Below are positions 12,818 to 25,146 of a stretch of DNA of 64,000 nt, piece by piece. How positions within the stretch are numbered: the first letter of the stretch is position 1; the number at the start of each line of letters is the position of its first letter. A program made the translations under genes and the position numbers. Origin of the DNA: Balamuthia mandrillaris (taxonomy: Eukaryota); contig JAVKOQ020000047.1 in the NCBI GenBank assembly GCA_031835245.2, positions 186,001 to 250,000 on the forward strand, read 5' to 3'. The notes beneath the pieces are model-generated. The model made no database searches. It was not told the DNA's origin and saw only the letters and a list, made by a program, of their open reading frames with translations.

Positions 12818-13437
12818 ATGCACAGAACGTCTTCTTCTCCTGGCTTACACAAAGAGCCTTGTTGGTCGCTCTCATTCATCCTCTGCGTCTGTTCTTTGGG
12901 TTTGCTGCTGACTTGTTTGTGTGACACAGCGGCTGATGAGCTTTACTTCACGGTGGACAACTTCAGCATGGCTCTCGGCCGCGACGGAGAGAGCATTTGC
13001 TTCATGGCAGGACGGGAAGAGCTCTTTGATATGGCCATCGTTTTTGACCCACCCCACCCTAACACGGTTGAAGAGCTCTTCACTTATTCTGACACTGACG
13101 AGGGTCTTTTTCTTTTTGCTTCTTGTTCTTCTTCTTCTTGTACTTGTTCTTCTTCTTCTTCTTCTTGTTCTTCTTCTTCTTCTTCTTCTTCTTCTTCTTC
13201 TTTTCTTCTTTTCTTCTTCATCGTTCTTCGTTCATCGTTCTTCTTCTTCTTTTCGTTTAGTAGTTCTGAAAACTTGGTGAACAATAAACAGGATATAACA
13301 TAGAGATATCGGTTGGGGACGATGCGTATGTTTACATAGAGCATGGCCATGAAGTCAGCAAGTCTGACACTTGGTACCGAGTTCCCATTTCGGTCTTTCG
13401 ACAGGCGTTCGCCAACTTTAAGAAGAGACAAAAATAA
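12818..13437 (+). CDS. Small spliced hypothetical protein; paralog of 12069-12582
   Basis: YFTVDNF...EELFDMA...TVEELFTYSDTDEG/YNIE...YVYIEHG...WYRVPISVFRQAFANF; intron at the same position as in the paralog. Confidence 0.7.
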
Positions 13438-13581
13438 CAAAAGACTTGCAGGCAATGGGCTGTTAGTTACTTCACATACAAAAGAACCAAATCAACTCAC
13501 CAAAGCAGGAGAGAAAGGCAGAGCGGCAGAGAGACGGGAGAGAAAGAGAGATTTTGCACAAACAAGCAAAGGAGCGTTACT

Positions 13582-16099
13582 TCACAAAAGATCAGCCGAT
13601 TTTGGAGCAGCTATGGAATTGTTACGTAATATCTCAGGATCCAGCTCCACTACCTGCCCTATATCCAATATGATCCTTTTGTTGTTGAAAGATAATCGTT
13701 AGAGGAGGAAAGAGGGGGGAAAAGGAGAAGAGAAGGGAAGAGGGAGAAAGAGCAGCAAACAGAAAGAGAAGTAGGAAAGAGAAAGAAAATAACGAAAAGA
13801 CAAGAAAATAAAGGAGAGTAGTAAAGAGCTAGTGGAGAAGATACGTGGTTCCAGCCTCTCCGACGTCAAATCTTAAGAAGTCGTCCTGTAGCCGCTGAGA
13901 TGGTGATGCACAAGAACCTTTTTCGTCTTGCGAAGGAGAAAATGATGTTACATCCTTCTCATCTTCTTGTTTGTTGCTGTCTTGTGCTGCGTTTGCTTCT
14001 GTATCTTTCTCTTTTTCCTCTTGTTGCTGTTGCTCTGCTGCTTTGTTTTCCGGTTGCTTTCGTTCATGATAACGAGCCACCGCTTCTTCCACCAATGTCA
14101 CCAGATGCTTCAGTGATTGAACATTCTGTCCGTTGAAGCGGTACAGCACTGTGCACCAACCGCCAGCTGTGTAGCCTATTGTAGCCTTGGAGGACAACAT
14201 TTGGGCGAGGATCACGATTTCGCTTCTTTCTTTTGTGGGCAAACTATAGAAGAAACTGTGAACTAGCGCGCTAGGAGCGCGTTTCTGCCAGTCTACACCA
14301 TACCTTTAAAGCCATGTAAATACTAGAGAGAGATTGGAACAAAGGCACAGCCAACAGAGCGGCACCATAGAGCAAGCTACGAACCAAGAGAGAAGGAACG
14401 GGACAGATAAAGGAATGAATACAAGCCCGCCAATGACGTAGTAACTGGCAAAGCAATCGAAGCCATGAATCCGAGGCACTAGAGTTGGCGTATGGGCTAC
14501 CGTTGCTTCTAGCTCCACAACCTTACCTTGTCGCAGTACTGTAAGCCGGCAGTTGTCTCCTGTATACTTCATTCCTGGTTTCACATTAGAAAAAAGAAAG
14601 CGAGAAAACAAGAACACAAAAGAACAAACCAATGAGGTGTGTCCAAGAGATTCGTTCCTCGCCACGATACACAATCGTAGCATCATCCGCGATGGAAACT
14701 CCATCGAAGCTCAAAAGAATGTCCTCTTCTTGCAGTGCATTGGAAAAAGTGGACTTGGGATTGACAGAAGTGACCAGCACGCCGCTTTGTTTATCATCCA
14801 TGCTGTAGTACCGCCTTATAGAAGGGTTTTCCATGTTTGCTACCTGCACGTTGTTCTATTAACATTTTATGCACAACACAATAAACACAGGCAGAGAATA
14901 CGGACTCTAAGCCCAGGCGTACAGAATGACACGCGGCCAGTAGCATCATACTCGGTGAGAAAGCGCTGGATAACAGGCACTGGAATGATGTGTCTATTAT
15001 TCGATGTTAGAGTTAGCAACCTTCTTCTTCAGACACAGTGGTATAATTCGCATAGGCAAGAAAATTGCTAGCATACCCTATAAGTTGCGCTTTGAGTTTT
15101 CGTGAAAACGCAATACCAACTACTTTCGTTCCTTGGAAAACAGGTCCTCCTGTAGGTTACGTTTTAGTGAGTGTGCAAATGAATGCCAACACAAGGACAA
15201 AAGAAACGAAGAGCAACATAAATAATAAGAGAGAGAGGAGAGAGGAGAGAGAGAGAGAGAGAGAGAAGCAACCAGAATTGCCAGAGTTGATAGCAGCATC
15301 AATCTGAACGGCCAACAATGAGCAGAAGCGATTCACAAAGGTCCTTACGTCCACCCTCGAGACCACTCCACAAGTGACGCTGATGTTGTCGCCGCCGGTT
15401 GGATAGCCCACACAGGTCACCGACTCCTGCAGTTGTGGCACAGCCCCAAATTCGAGCGGCTTGTGGCCCTCCCAGAAGGCCTCATCCTGAACGCGCAGAA
15501 GCGCAATGTCACATTGGTAGCCTATGCACAGCACCTCCGCCATGTAGCGCTTCGGACTGCCGTGTCGCCTCACCCTTTGAAAAAAAGAGTTTGAGAAGAG
15601 ACCAAATGACCAGCAGAGGAGAGAGGAAGAGAGGAGAGGGAGAGAGAGAACGAGAGAGGGAGGGGAACGAAAGGACGAGGAAACGGATAATGAGAGCCGA
15701 GTCAAAGAGGCGAGAGGAAAGAGAGCAGAGAGCAGAGAGAGCGTACATGATGGTGGTAAAGTTTTCAACGACATGAGCGTTAGTGAGAATCCGTTTCCCG
15801 CCTATGATGAAGCCAGAGCCAGACGAGTTCTTTGGCCCCTTTTTCTGCCAAGGCCTCTTGTAGGACACGGAGCTCTTCACGGTGAAGACTTTGACCACAG
15901 AGCTCAAAGGGATGGCGTGGAGCAGGCTCTGCTGTCTTTTGGGCTGCTTTTTTGCTCTTGAGGCCTTGGTCTGTGGTGTCTGTGGTGGTTGCTGCTGTTG
16001 CTCTTCCTCCTCCTCCTCCTCTTCTTCTTCCTCCTGCTCTGCCTCCTCCTTCTCGTTCTTCTCCTCCAGAGAACCGCTGCTCGCGCCTTCCTCTTCCAT
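13582..16099 (-). CDS. DegP/HtrA-family trypsin-like serine protease with PDZ domains (Deg2/Deg9-like)
   Basis: GSGFIIGGKRILTNAHVV, CDIALL, QIDAAINSGNSG/GP, PDZ segment (GVLVTSV...DILLSFDG) and YYVIGGLVFIPLS; multi-exon. Confidence 0.92.
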
Positions 16100-16459
16100 C
16101 TGCTACTCTTTTTTGTCAGAAGCAGGTTCATCTTCATGACGACCTTAGTTTGCATTTTTTGTGACGACGTGGCAAGCAATCGTGTCGACACTGGTAAATA
16201 ACTTCACGACGACCTGGATAGAAAACAAAAAAGAAAGAGAAAGGAAAGAGCAGAGCGGAAAGCAGGAATGGTGGAGGGATGTTTAGGTTATGAAACACGC
16301 AGTGATTTTTCTCTTTATAGGCTTCTTGCTTTGTTGTTGTTGTTGTTGTCAGTCTTGTTGCGCTTCTTGTTGTTCGTTCTTCTTCTTTTTGTTGAGTTTG
16401 CCAAAACCACACAAGTTTTTTTTTGTCTTTGTAAATGGATTTTTTTTGTCTTTTGTGTC

Positions 16460-16611
16460 TTAGTTGTAAACCATGTACTTGGGCGTCGCCGAGAACTTGG
16501 CATAACCTTTGATGACCTTGTTGATGGAATCCAAGAAATCCTTCTCGCTTACCGTCTGCCATTAGAATGAAACATAAGTAAACAAATATGGAAGTGTGAG
16601 GGCTAAGAGAG

Positions 16612-16698
<87 letters not shown>

Positions 16699-18538
16699 AA
16701 CGACAAGAAAGAAAGAAACGACAAGAAAGAAAGAAAGAAAGAAACGACAAGAAAGAAAGAAAGAAAGAAAGCAAGAAAACAAGACATAAAGGGAGAAGAC
16801 ATGAAAGAAGGACAAAAACAAACCTTTTTACGTGCTCGCACCGCAAACATGCCAGCCTCCGTACACACGCTCCTAATATCAGCTCCAGTGCTGTTGGGGC
16901 ACAGCCTCGCCAGGAGCTCAAACCGAATGTCACGATCGCAGCTCATCTGCTTGGCGTGGATCCTAAAGATCTGGGCCCTGCCCTCCAGGTCAGGCAGGTC
17001 AAACTCCACTTTTCTGTCAAGTCGACCCGGACGAGTCAGGGCGGGATCCAAAGTGTCTGGTCGGTTCGTGGCCATCAGCACTTTGATGTTGCCGCGTGCA
17101 TCAAAGCCGTCCAGCTGGTTGATCAGCTCCAACATGGTTCGCTGAACTTCGTTGTCACCACCAGCGCCGTCATCAAAGCGAGTGCCGCCGATAGCGTCCA
17201 CTTCGTCGAAAAAGATGATGCAGGCCTTCTTGGAGCGAGCCATCTCAAAGAGCTCGCGCACCATGCGTGCGCCCTCACCGACGTACTTTTGCACGAGCTC
17301 GCTGCCGATGACGCGAATAAAGGTGGCATCGGTACGGTTGGCGACAGCACGAGCAAGAAGGGTCTTGCCAGTGCCTGGAGGGCCGTACATCAACACTCCC
17401 TTGGGTGGGTCGATACCCAACTGTACAAAGCGCTCTGGCTGTTTTGTGGATGAGAAGAGAAAAAACGAGGTAAGGAACATGCTTCCACAGGTTGAACAAA
17501 AGAAAGGAGTGAAACGTACGTGAAGCAGAGGCAACTCCACGACCTCGCGCAGCTTTTCAATTTGTTCTTTGGAGCCACCAACATCGTTGTATGTGACGTT
17601 TGGCTTTTCATCTACTTTCATCATTGTGACAGAGGGATCAATCTTTGGTGGCAGAGGAATCTGGATTTGGTACTTTTTGCGGTCAACTCTACAACATAAA
17701 TATCAATCAGTATTTGCACAGTTTGCTTAAAGGAACAGGAGAAAGAGAAGAGAGTAAAGGATAGCACAGAACGAAAAGGGAGAAAGCATACCCAATACGC
17801 ATTCCCTCTTCTATGTCAGCAGCCGCCACACGGTCTCCCAAGCCTACCACGTACTTGCCATGTTGCTTGGCGTTGATGACGTACTTGGATTCATCCTCCT
17901 CTCCTTCTCCTCCTTTGATGATCTTTGTGCAACGGGAGACCTAAGCGAATAAAAGCTTCATCAGAGATTGTACATTTTTTGAGAGTGAGAGAGAGGGAAG
18001 AGAAAGAAGAGAAGAACGAGAGGAGAGAGAGAGTAGCGAAGTGAGAGGAGATGAGGATGGAAAACAAACCAGAAGAGGTTGTTCCTCTTGCATCATCTGC
18101 TTGTCAGCGACAAGATCCCACATACTGGGAGGGGCCAAACCAGTGTCCGACTCCTTGATTCCTGCACGACAATAAAACAACTCAGAAATCAATCAAGGAG
18201 TGAAGCGAGAGAAAGAAAAAAAGAACGCACCACAAATCTCGTTGATTCGTTTGGTGATCTTTGTGATGTCTTCTTGAACTTGCTTGATTGGCTTGGCATA
18301 TGGTCCAACGCCCTACAAACAAAAAAAAAACAAACACAAGAAGAGGAGAGAGAGAAGAGCAGAAGCAAGTCAGTGAAAGGTAAAGCAATAATCTCTTTTT
18401 GTTTTTTCTTCTTTTTGAAAAAAAGTTGATGGAGAGAAAAAAAATGGATGAGACGAAACGAACATAGGTCTTCAACAAGGCGATGTCACCCGCATCAAGC
18501 GCCTTCACGGGCTGATCCTTCTCTTCCATGTCTGCCAT
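16460..18538 (-). CDS. PSMC2: 26S proteasome regulatory AAA-ATPase subunit 7 (RPT1)
   Basis: [61 protein letters not shown] and C-terminal [11 protein letters not shown]. Confidence 0.97.
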
Positions 18539-18926
18539 CGTGTGTGTGAGAGTGATCTTCTGCTTTGCCGCTACTCTCTTTTCTCTCTTCTTTCACTTCT
18601 TTTCGTCTATTTGTTGTTTACCGGTGACCCCTCCGCCAAGGGACGCAAATTTTTGTTGGCAAGAATTCTTCCATGTCGACGTTTAATATGGCTTCTTTGG
18701 GTGTGCGGCATGTCGACAAAATATCTAAGGTGGTTACCGAAGTGAACCGCCTTAAATTTGAACCAATCAAATTCGTCCATTATAGAATTGGCTCTTTGAT
18801 TTGATTTTTATTATCGGACAACCCAGAGAGAAGAAAAAGCCGTTATTTTCTTCTTTATCAAACCAAAAGCTCCGACAACACTAACCACACACACACACAC
18901 ACTTGGTCTTCCCTTTAAACAACCCA

Positions 18927-20339
18927 ATGGCTCACGTACTCGCCGGCTCGAACGACTTGGAAAAGCTGGAGGACCTCTCCAGCAAGACCTACAAGGAACA
19001 GGCCATTTGGTTCCTCAATGCCTTTTGGGACAAGCACAAGGAGGAGGCGGAGCGCCTGTGGAAGTTCAAGCACCAGTGCGACGAGCTGGACCACGCCAAA
19101 AAGTCCGAGGGCTGCGCGCTGGACGAGCTGCAGGCCCACCGCTTCTTGGAGAAGTTCCAAGAGACCATGACCGTTCAGTCCATGAGAGACAAGCTGCGGT
19201 CCACAGGAGCCATCGGTGCCAAGGTCAAGCTGGTCCCCTTGATCCACATCCTCATCATCCGTTTCAACGTGGACTGGCATGAGCTGGTCAATGCTCCCCA
19301 AGGCAGCAAGGAGGAGATCGACAGAGCCCAAAAGCTGTTTGACGAGGTGCAGGCCGCTTTCCAAGAGGCCGAGGCCCGCGCAGAGGAAGCCGCTGCTGCC
19401 TTGAAGGAAGCTCAGGCAAGAGAGGCTGCTGCCAAGGCCAGAGAAGCCGACGCTCTCGCTCGCGAGGCGGATGCCAAGGCGAGAGAGGCGGAAGCCAAGG
19501 AGAGAGAGGCGGAGGCCATTGCCAGGGAGCAAGAGGCCAAGGCCAGAGAGGCGGAAGCCATTCAGAGAGAGGCCGATGCCAAGGCCAGAGAAGCCGACGC
19601 TCGTGCCAACGAGGCCAAGGCCAAGGAGCAGGAGGCCGAGGCAGTGGCCAAGGAGGAGGAGCTGAGGGCAGCCAAGGAGGAGCAGGAAGCGGCGTTGGCG
19701 GAGGTGAAGGCCCAAGAGGATGCCTACAACAACAAGACGGCAGAGCTGAAGAGAGCCAGCGAGGAAGGCGGTTTGGTCTCTCGCAACAAGGCCAAGAACG
19801 AGCTGGCCCAACACTTGCAGGAGGACCCTCTCCCCTTGCGTCGTGCCAAGATCACCCTGGAGGCTGCTGTGAAGAAGGCTGAGAAGGCTGCTCAGATCGC
19901 TGCTGATGCTCGCTCTGCTGCCGAGGCCTCCGCCAGAGAGGCCGAAGCCTCCAGAGCCGCCGCTGAGAAGTCGGCAAGAGAGGCGGAGCAAGCTCGTGCC
20001 GCTGCCCAAGCCGCCGCTCGTGAGGCCGAAAGGGCTCGCGCCAGCGCCGAGGCAGCTGCTCGCGAGGCCGAGGAAGCCAGAGCCGTCGCCGAGCAAGCCG
20101 CTCGCGAGGCCGAGCAAGCCCGCGCCGAAGCGGAGGAGGCCAGGAGACACTCGGAGAGGGCCAAGGAGGCGGCCGAGGCTGCCTTGGAGGAGGCCAAGCG
20201 GAAGCTGGAGGAGGCGGAGGCCTATCTGGAGGAGGCCAAGAAGACCCTGCCCGAGGGCCAGATCTGGTGGATGGAAAGAGAGCTGCACGAGAGGAGGGCC
20301 TACTTGCCGCAAAGCAAGGGAGGCTTCCGCCGAAACTAA
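18927..20339 (+). CDS. ABP34-like actin-bundling-protein homolog with Ala/Glu coiled-coil inserts (often annotated TolA-like), copy 1
   Basis: KEQAIWFLNAFW, EEIDRAQKLFDEV, NELAQHLQEDPLPLRRAKITLEAAV and GQIWWMEREL resemble, from memory, motifs of Dictyostelium 34-kDa actin-bundling protein. Intronless. Confidence 0.8.
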   Translation: MAHVLAGSNDLEKLEDLSSKTYKEQAIWFLNAFWDKHKEEAERLWKFKHQCDELDHAKKSEGCALDELQAHRFLEKFQETMTVQSMRDKLRSTGAIGAKVKLVPLIHILIIRFNVDWHELVNAPQGSKEEIDRAQKLFDEVQAAFQEAEARAEEAAAALKEAQAREAAAKAREADALAREADAKAREAEAKEREAEAIAREQEAKAREAEAIQREADAKAREADARANEAKAKEQEAEAVAKEEELRAAKEEQEAALAEVKAQEDAYNNKTAELKRASEEGGLVSRNKAKNELAQHLQEDPLPLRRAKITLEAAVKKAEKAAQIAADARSAAEASAREAEASRAAAEKSAREAEQARAAAQAAAREAERARASAEAAAREAEEARAVAEQAAREAEQARAEAEEARRHSERAKEAAEAALEEAKRKLEEAEAYLEEAKKTLPEGQIWWMERELHERRAYLPQSKGGFRRN

Positions 20340-20465
20340 ACTTTGCCGTTTTTTATCATTTTGTAAGAGTATTATCAAGTTTATAAACTTGTTTAACAAC
20401 AAACGAAAGCAACAAAAGAAGCAGAGTCAAGAAAGAAAGGAGCTATAAAGAAGCTCGTTTTTTTT

Positions 20466-23400
20466 TTAGTTCTCATTCTTGGTGGCCAAATAGGAGGTAA
20501 ACATGCTCTTCAGCTCTGCCAACTCCTCGCGAGCGCTCTTCAGTTCGCTCTCGAGCTCCTGCACCTTGTTGGACAATACTTCCACGGCAGCCCTATCCGC
20601 TCTCCTCAGCTCCATGGCGCTGGTGTCCGTGACCGTTCCTTCGACATAGACGTTGCCTTTGATGTAGAGGTCGCCAGTGTCGTCCATCATCAAAGAGGTC
20701 TCATGGGAGTCACAGCCGTTGTTTGTGGAGAAGGCGCCCGTGCCGATGGCGAAGATGGGGGTGCCGCTGCCCGTGAGGCTCTCAGCGGTTGCGTTGTTGC
20801 AAACGCCAAAGACGACGCCACCAACGGTATTGGTGCGGACATTAACGCCGTGGGCAAAGGAGGCAGTGGCCAAGGCCTCCACTTTACCAAGGTGGGCTGA
20901 TGATGAAAAGAAGGAAAACATTTAAAACAACAGCTAACAACCAAGAGATGCATAAAACAGAGGAGAGAAAGGGAGTCCAGAGGGGAGAAGAGGACACAAT
21001 GAGGGAACGGGAGAACGTAAAGAAGAAGGACAGCAGTACCTAGTCCAGACGCGTGAGCACCATCAGCAAACGCTTCAAGAGTACCGTTAAACAAAGCTGA
21101 ATGAGAAAAAGCATGGAGGTGTTATAAAGTTATAAACACTGCTTGTCTGAAAAAAGAAAGAGAGATACCAGCGCCCATGGCAATTGAGCCAAATCCTTGC
21201 GACATGATTGTACCACCTTCAATAGCTGATTGAGAGCAAAGAGGAGGACGTGAGTTAGGGGAAGGAGAGGGAGAGGGAGAGGGAGAGGGAGCGTTTACCT
21301 CCACCAGCAGCGAATGCGCCATCGCTCAAGGCCACAATTGCGCTTCCATTTCTGGCTGGAAACGGAAAGAAAGACCGCAAGAAGTGAATAAACAAGAAGA
21401 AAAACTAAACAGAATGTTGACAGATAACAAGGAATAATAAAACAAGTCAAAGGGATGGTACATGAGCCTATGGCAACAGATCCGTTGCCTTCAGAGTAAA
21501 TGCCGGAATTGCGAACAGCTGTTAGGAGTATTATTAGAAACACGAAGCAAGGCGTGTTGAAAAACAAAAAAAAAAATGTGAAAGTAAAAGAAATAAAAAT
21601 GCGAGAGCTGCTTGCAAAAATAATTCTAACATACCCTCGCCAGCTGCAAAGGATCCCCAGCCCAGCGATACCAACGAAGAAGACTGGTAAGCTGAACGAA
21701 TGAGGCAACACGTTAGCAAAAGAAGGCATCTTTCTCATCCAGCAGCAAGGAAGGGAGCCAGTAACGTACATTCTCCCATAGCTATAGAGCCGAAGTTCCC
21801 GGAAAGAATCTCACTGTTCTCGTCGGCTTTAAAACGTATACGAATTCGTTTGCAAGCTCAGTACAATCAAAGCAAAAACCAATAATAAAGCAAAATTGGA
21901 GGAGCTTACCTTCTCCGTAGGCTAATGCTCCGGACTCGTTGGCAAAAATCCTTGAGCCGTCAAGTGCTGCAACAAAGAATGTACAAGAGTTAAAGAATGC
22001 AATTATCAACACATAAAACGCAAATGGCAAGAAGAAAGAGCAAGAAGAATGAAGAACGAAGAAGAGAGAAGAAGATGAAGATGAAGAAGCAGGACAAAAA
22101 GAAGATGAAGGACAATAACGCCATAAGACAGCAACAACAAAGCAAGCAAAATCCAAAACACCAAACGGGCAAAAAAAATAGTAAATAGAAAAAGTATGAC
22201 GCAAAGAGCATGTACCTGAACCAATGGCAAACGAACCGTAGAAGCTGTTAGAAATAATTTCACCGACGTCCTCGGCTGGGGCGAAAGATGTTAAGGCACA
22301 AACAAAACACGCTCACAAATGAACTCCACAAACGCACCATAGCCGAAGGCAAATGTGCCGTCGCCAAAAGCACGGATGATACTGTCGTCGTCGGCTAGAA
22401 CAGAAAATCAAATGAGTTATTTTTTCTTTTTTGCGTTTATTAATCGTCTGTTGTTTGATACGTACCAGATCCAAAAGCAAAAGCACCAGTGTCCAACGAC
22501 TCAATAACCGAACGTTCATCAGCTGTAGGTAATTGCATGGCCACATTAGAAAGAGAGGGAAGTAGGGTTAGAGCAGAGAAACCAAGAGGAGAAAAGCAGG
22601 GAACGAGAAGAATGAGCATGAACACAAACCGCTGCCCATAGCGAAGCTTCCCGTGGCATTCGCCTTCAGCATTCCTCCCGCCTCAGCTAAAAGTGTTTCA
22701 GTTACAAACAAAAACTGATGAAAGCCAAAGACAAAAAATGACGAACCGAGACCCATGGCAAATGATCCAAGGCCGTTGGACTCTATTGTGCCGTTTAACG
22801 CTGCATTGCAGTACAGTTAATTATCTTTCTTGTTCATTTCTTATTGCACCTCTCATTTGTCTTACCATTGCCCAGAGCAAAGGCACCGAATTCCGAGGCT
22901 CTCACGGTCGCATTGGTTGCTTTCAAGTTGTGTGGAGGGACGAGGTAAGAGCGTGCAACTTTTTGAAAAAGAACAAAAACGAGTGGATCACTAAAAACAG
23001 CATACCGACACCCATGGCTACAGCGCCACCTGATGTTGCTGAGAGAGAGCCACCATTCTCCGCTAATAATTATGGTTCAGAATTGTTTTTGTCACAAAAG
23101 TAAAAAACACAACGTACAAGAACAAGACTAAGAAGAAGCACAATAATAACAAAACGGCCACAGCCACGACTTACCCAAACCAGCGGCAATAGAACCACGT
23201 CCATCAGACAATAGATCAGACTGACCCCCTCTAGCTGTTTTGTTGAGAGTCAGCTTCATAATGAGAAGGAGGTTTGTTCAACTGTTGTTTGTTTGTGTAC
23301 CCTGGCCCATCGCAATTGAGCCACCCGCGCGTGACCTCAAAGTGCCCCCTGAAGCTGTAAACAACAAAATAAATGAATGAACACAACGGCGGGAATAAGA

Positions 23401-25146
23401 AAAGTTACAAACTAACCAAAGCCCATTGCAAACGATCCTGGACCATCGGACACAATAACACCACCATAAGCTAAGAGAAGAGGCGGAAGGAGAGAGCGAG
23501 ATAGAGAGATGTTGAGTGTCAGCACCGGTTTTTTAGGGCAAGCACATTATATTTTGTTCTTTTTCTTCTGTTGCTTAATCTTCTGCATTTCTGTTTCCTT
23601 CTTGCAAAATGTTATAACTCACCATCACCCAAAGCGAACGCTCCAAACCCATCAGCCTCGATGGTGGAGTCATCATCAGCTATATAAATATGTAAAGCCA
23701 GCAACAAGAAAGGGAGTGAAAGATTAGAAGGAAGAAGAAGAAGAAGAAGAAGAAGAAGAAGAAGAAGAAGAACAAGAAGAAGAACAAGAAGAAGAAGAAC
23801 GCAGAAGAAGAAGAAGAACAAGAAGGTCACGAAGATTAAGAAGGAGAAGAACGCAGAAAGAAAAAACAACAAACCAAAGCCCATTGCGACACTGCCAGCC
23901 TTACGCGAGAAAATTTCGGAACTGTTGTAAGCTGAAGGTTTGAAAAGTAAAGAAGTATCGATTATTTATGTGATATTGCAAGGGTGCAACTGGTTTAAAC
24001 AACAACAGGTGAGAAGACGCACCATCACCCATGACAATCGATCCGTATGACTCGGCCACCAAGAGGGAATTCCAGTCGGCTGTGAGTCAAAGCAAGACGA
24101 GCTTAAGAATGAAGAGAAAAGAACTACAAAAAGAGGACAATAGCCCAATGGCAGAGGGATAACAAACCAATGCCAGCTACAAAAGCGCCTGCACCTCGGG
24201 CGGACACTAAAGCACCCTCAAAGGCTGCATAACAACAAAGTAGCCCAAAAGAATAACATTCAAGATGGTTAATAGGAACAACCTAGAGTGGGTTCATGGT
24301 TCCGAAGCTTTGGACAGATTGCGTACCTAGCCCAAATGCAGTGCTGCCGTCGTAAGTTGCTTCAAGTAAACTGTTATTCTTTGCTAGACGGACACAAGGT
24401 GAACAAGTGAAACAAACACAAAGAGAGAAGCAGCAAAGAACAAGACCAACATGACCGAGAACAAGAGTTAGTAATTCCAGTGAAAGAATATTGATACGAT
24501 GATCCTAACCAAAACCAGCAGCGAAAGAGCCTTGTCCCTCGGCGGCAGTGCTCAAACCAAAGGCAGCAGAATAGAGCCCGATGTTCTGTGGGTCCCATTG
24601 ATCGTTTGCCACGGAGCCTGCTCGGAAGGCAGCTCGGCTTCCATACCACAACATACGTGCTCCTGTTCATTTTTTTTGACGAAAACATAAAAAAAACGCA
24701 AACAAACGTTCAGAAAACTTTCGAAAAAAAAACAACAAATGTGATGCGTGAAGGAAAAGACACAAACGTAAAAACGCGAGAGAGAAGAGGGAAGCTGTAC
24801 CAGGGCCAGAAGCATCCCACGCTAGCCCGTCAACATCTGTGTTGTTCTCATTAACGTAGGAGCGCGCGTACACGGATCCTCCCTGCAATCTGTAGGTGCT
24901 GTTCTCAAAGACCTGCCATGCACCGCTCAACTCGAAGAGGGTCGCCAGCGATTCGCAAAGGTTCTGGTGGTCGGGGCAAACGAAGAGGGTACCGTTGGTG
25001 GACATTCGGAAGGCAACCTCACCTTCGTGCTGGATGATGAACTCGTTGGGGTTCTCCTCCACACAATGAGGGGCGCCGATATGAGCGGCCGTAAAACCCA
25101 ACAAACAGATCACCAACAAACCTAAAGATGTACTCTTCGTCATCAT
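20466..25146 (-). CDS. Secreted YadA-head/tail-fibre-like beta-roll repeat protein with C-terminal coiled coil, ~25 exons
   Basis: Signal peptide; GPGARMLWYGSRAAFRAGSVANDQWDPQNIGLYSAAFG; 22 micro-exons each encoding about A-x(9-11)-G-[SA]-[FIV]-A-x-G; final exon PIFAIGTG...DDTGDLYIKGNV then coiled coil. Confidence 0.82.

Noticed and set aside
18927..20339. Call as bacterial TolA acquired by HGT
   Set aside because: Similarity to TolA would be compositional only; there is no TolA TM anchor or C-terminal domain, and the non-repeat parts match ABP34 motifs.
18915..20402. 495-aa antisense ORF, and similar ones at 26527, 28189, 50157 and 52210
   Set aside because: Shadow frames of the GC-rich, codon-biased Ala/Glu repeat genes; Leu/Gly/Ser-rich with no motifs.
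21040..24385. Regularly spaced short units that might suggest a CRISPR-like array
   Set aside because: Units are conserved only at protein level and bounded by GT-AG splice sites; no identical DNA repeats and no cas genes.
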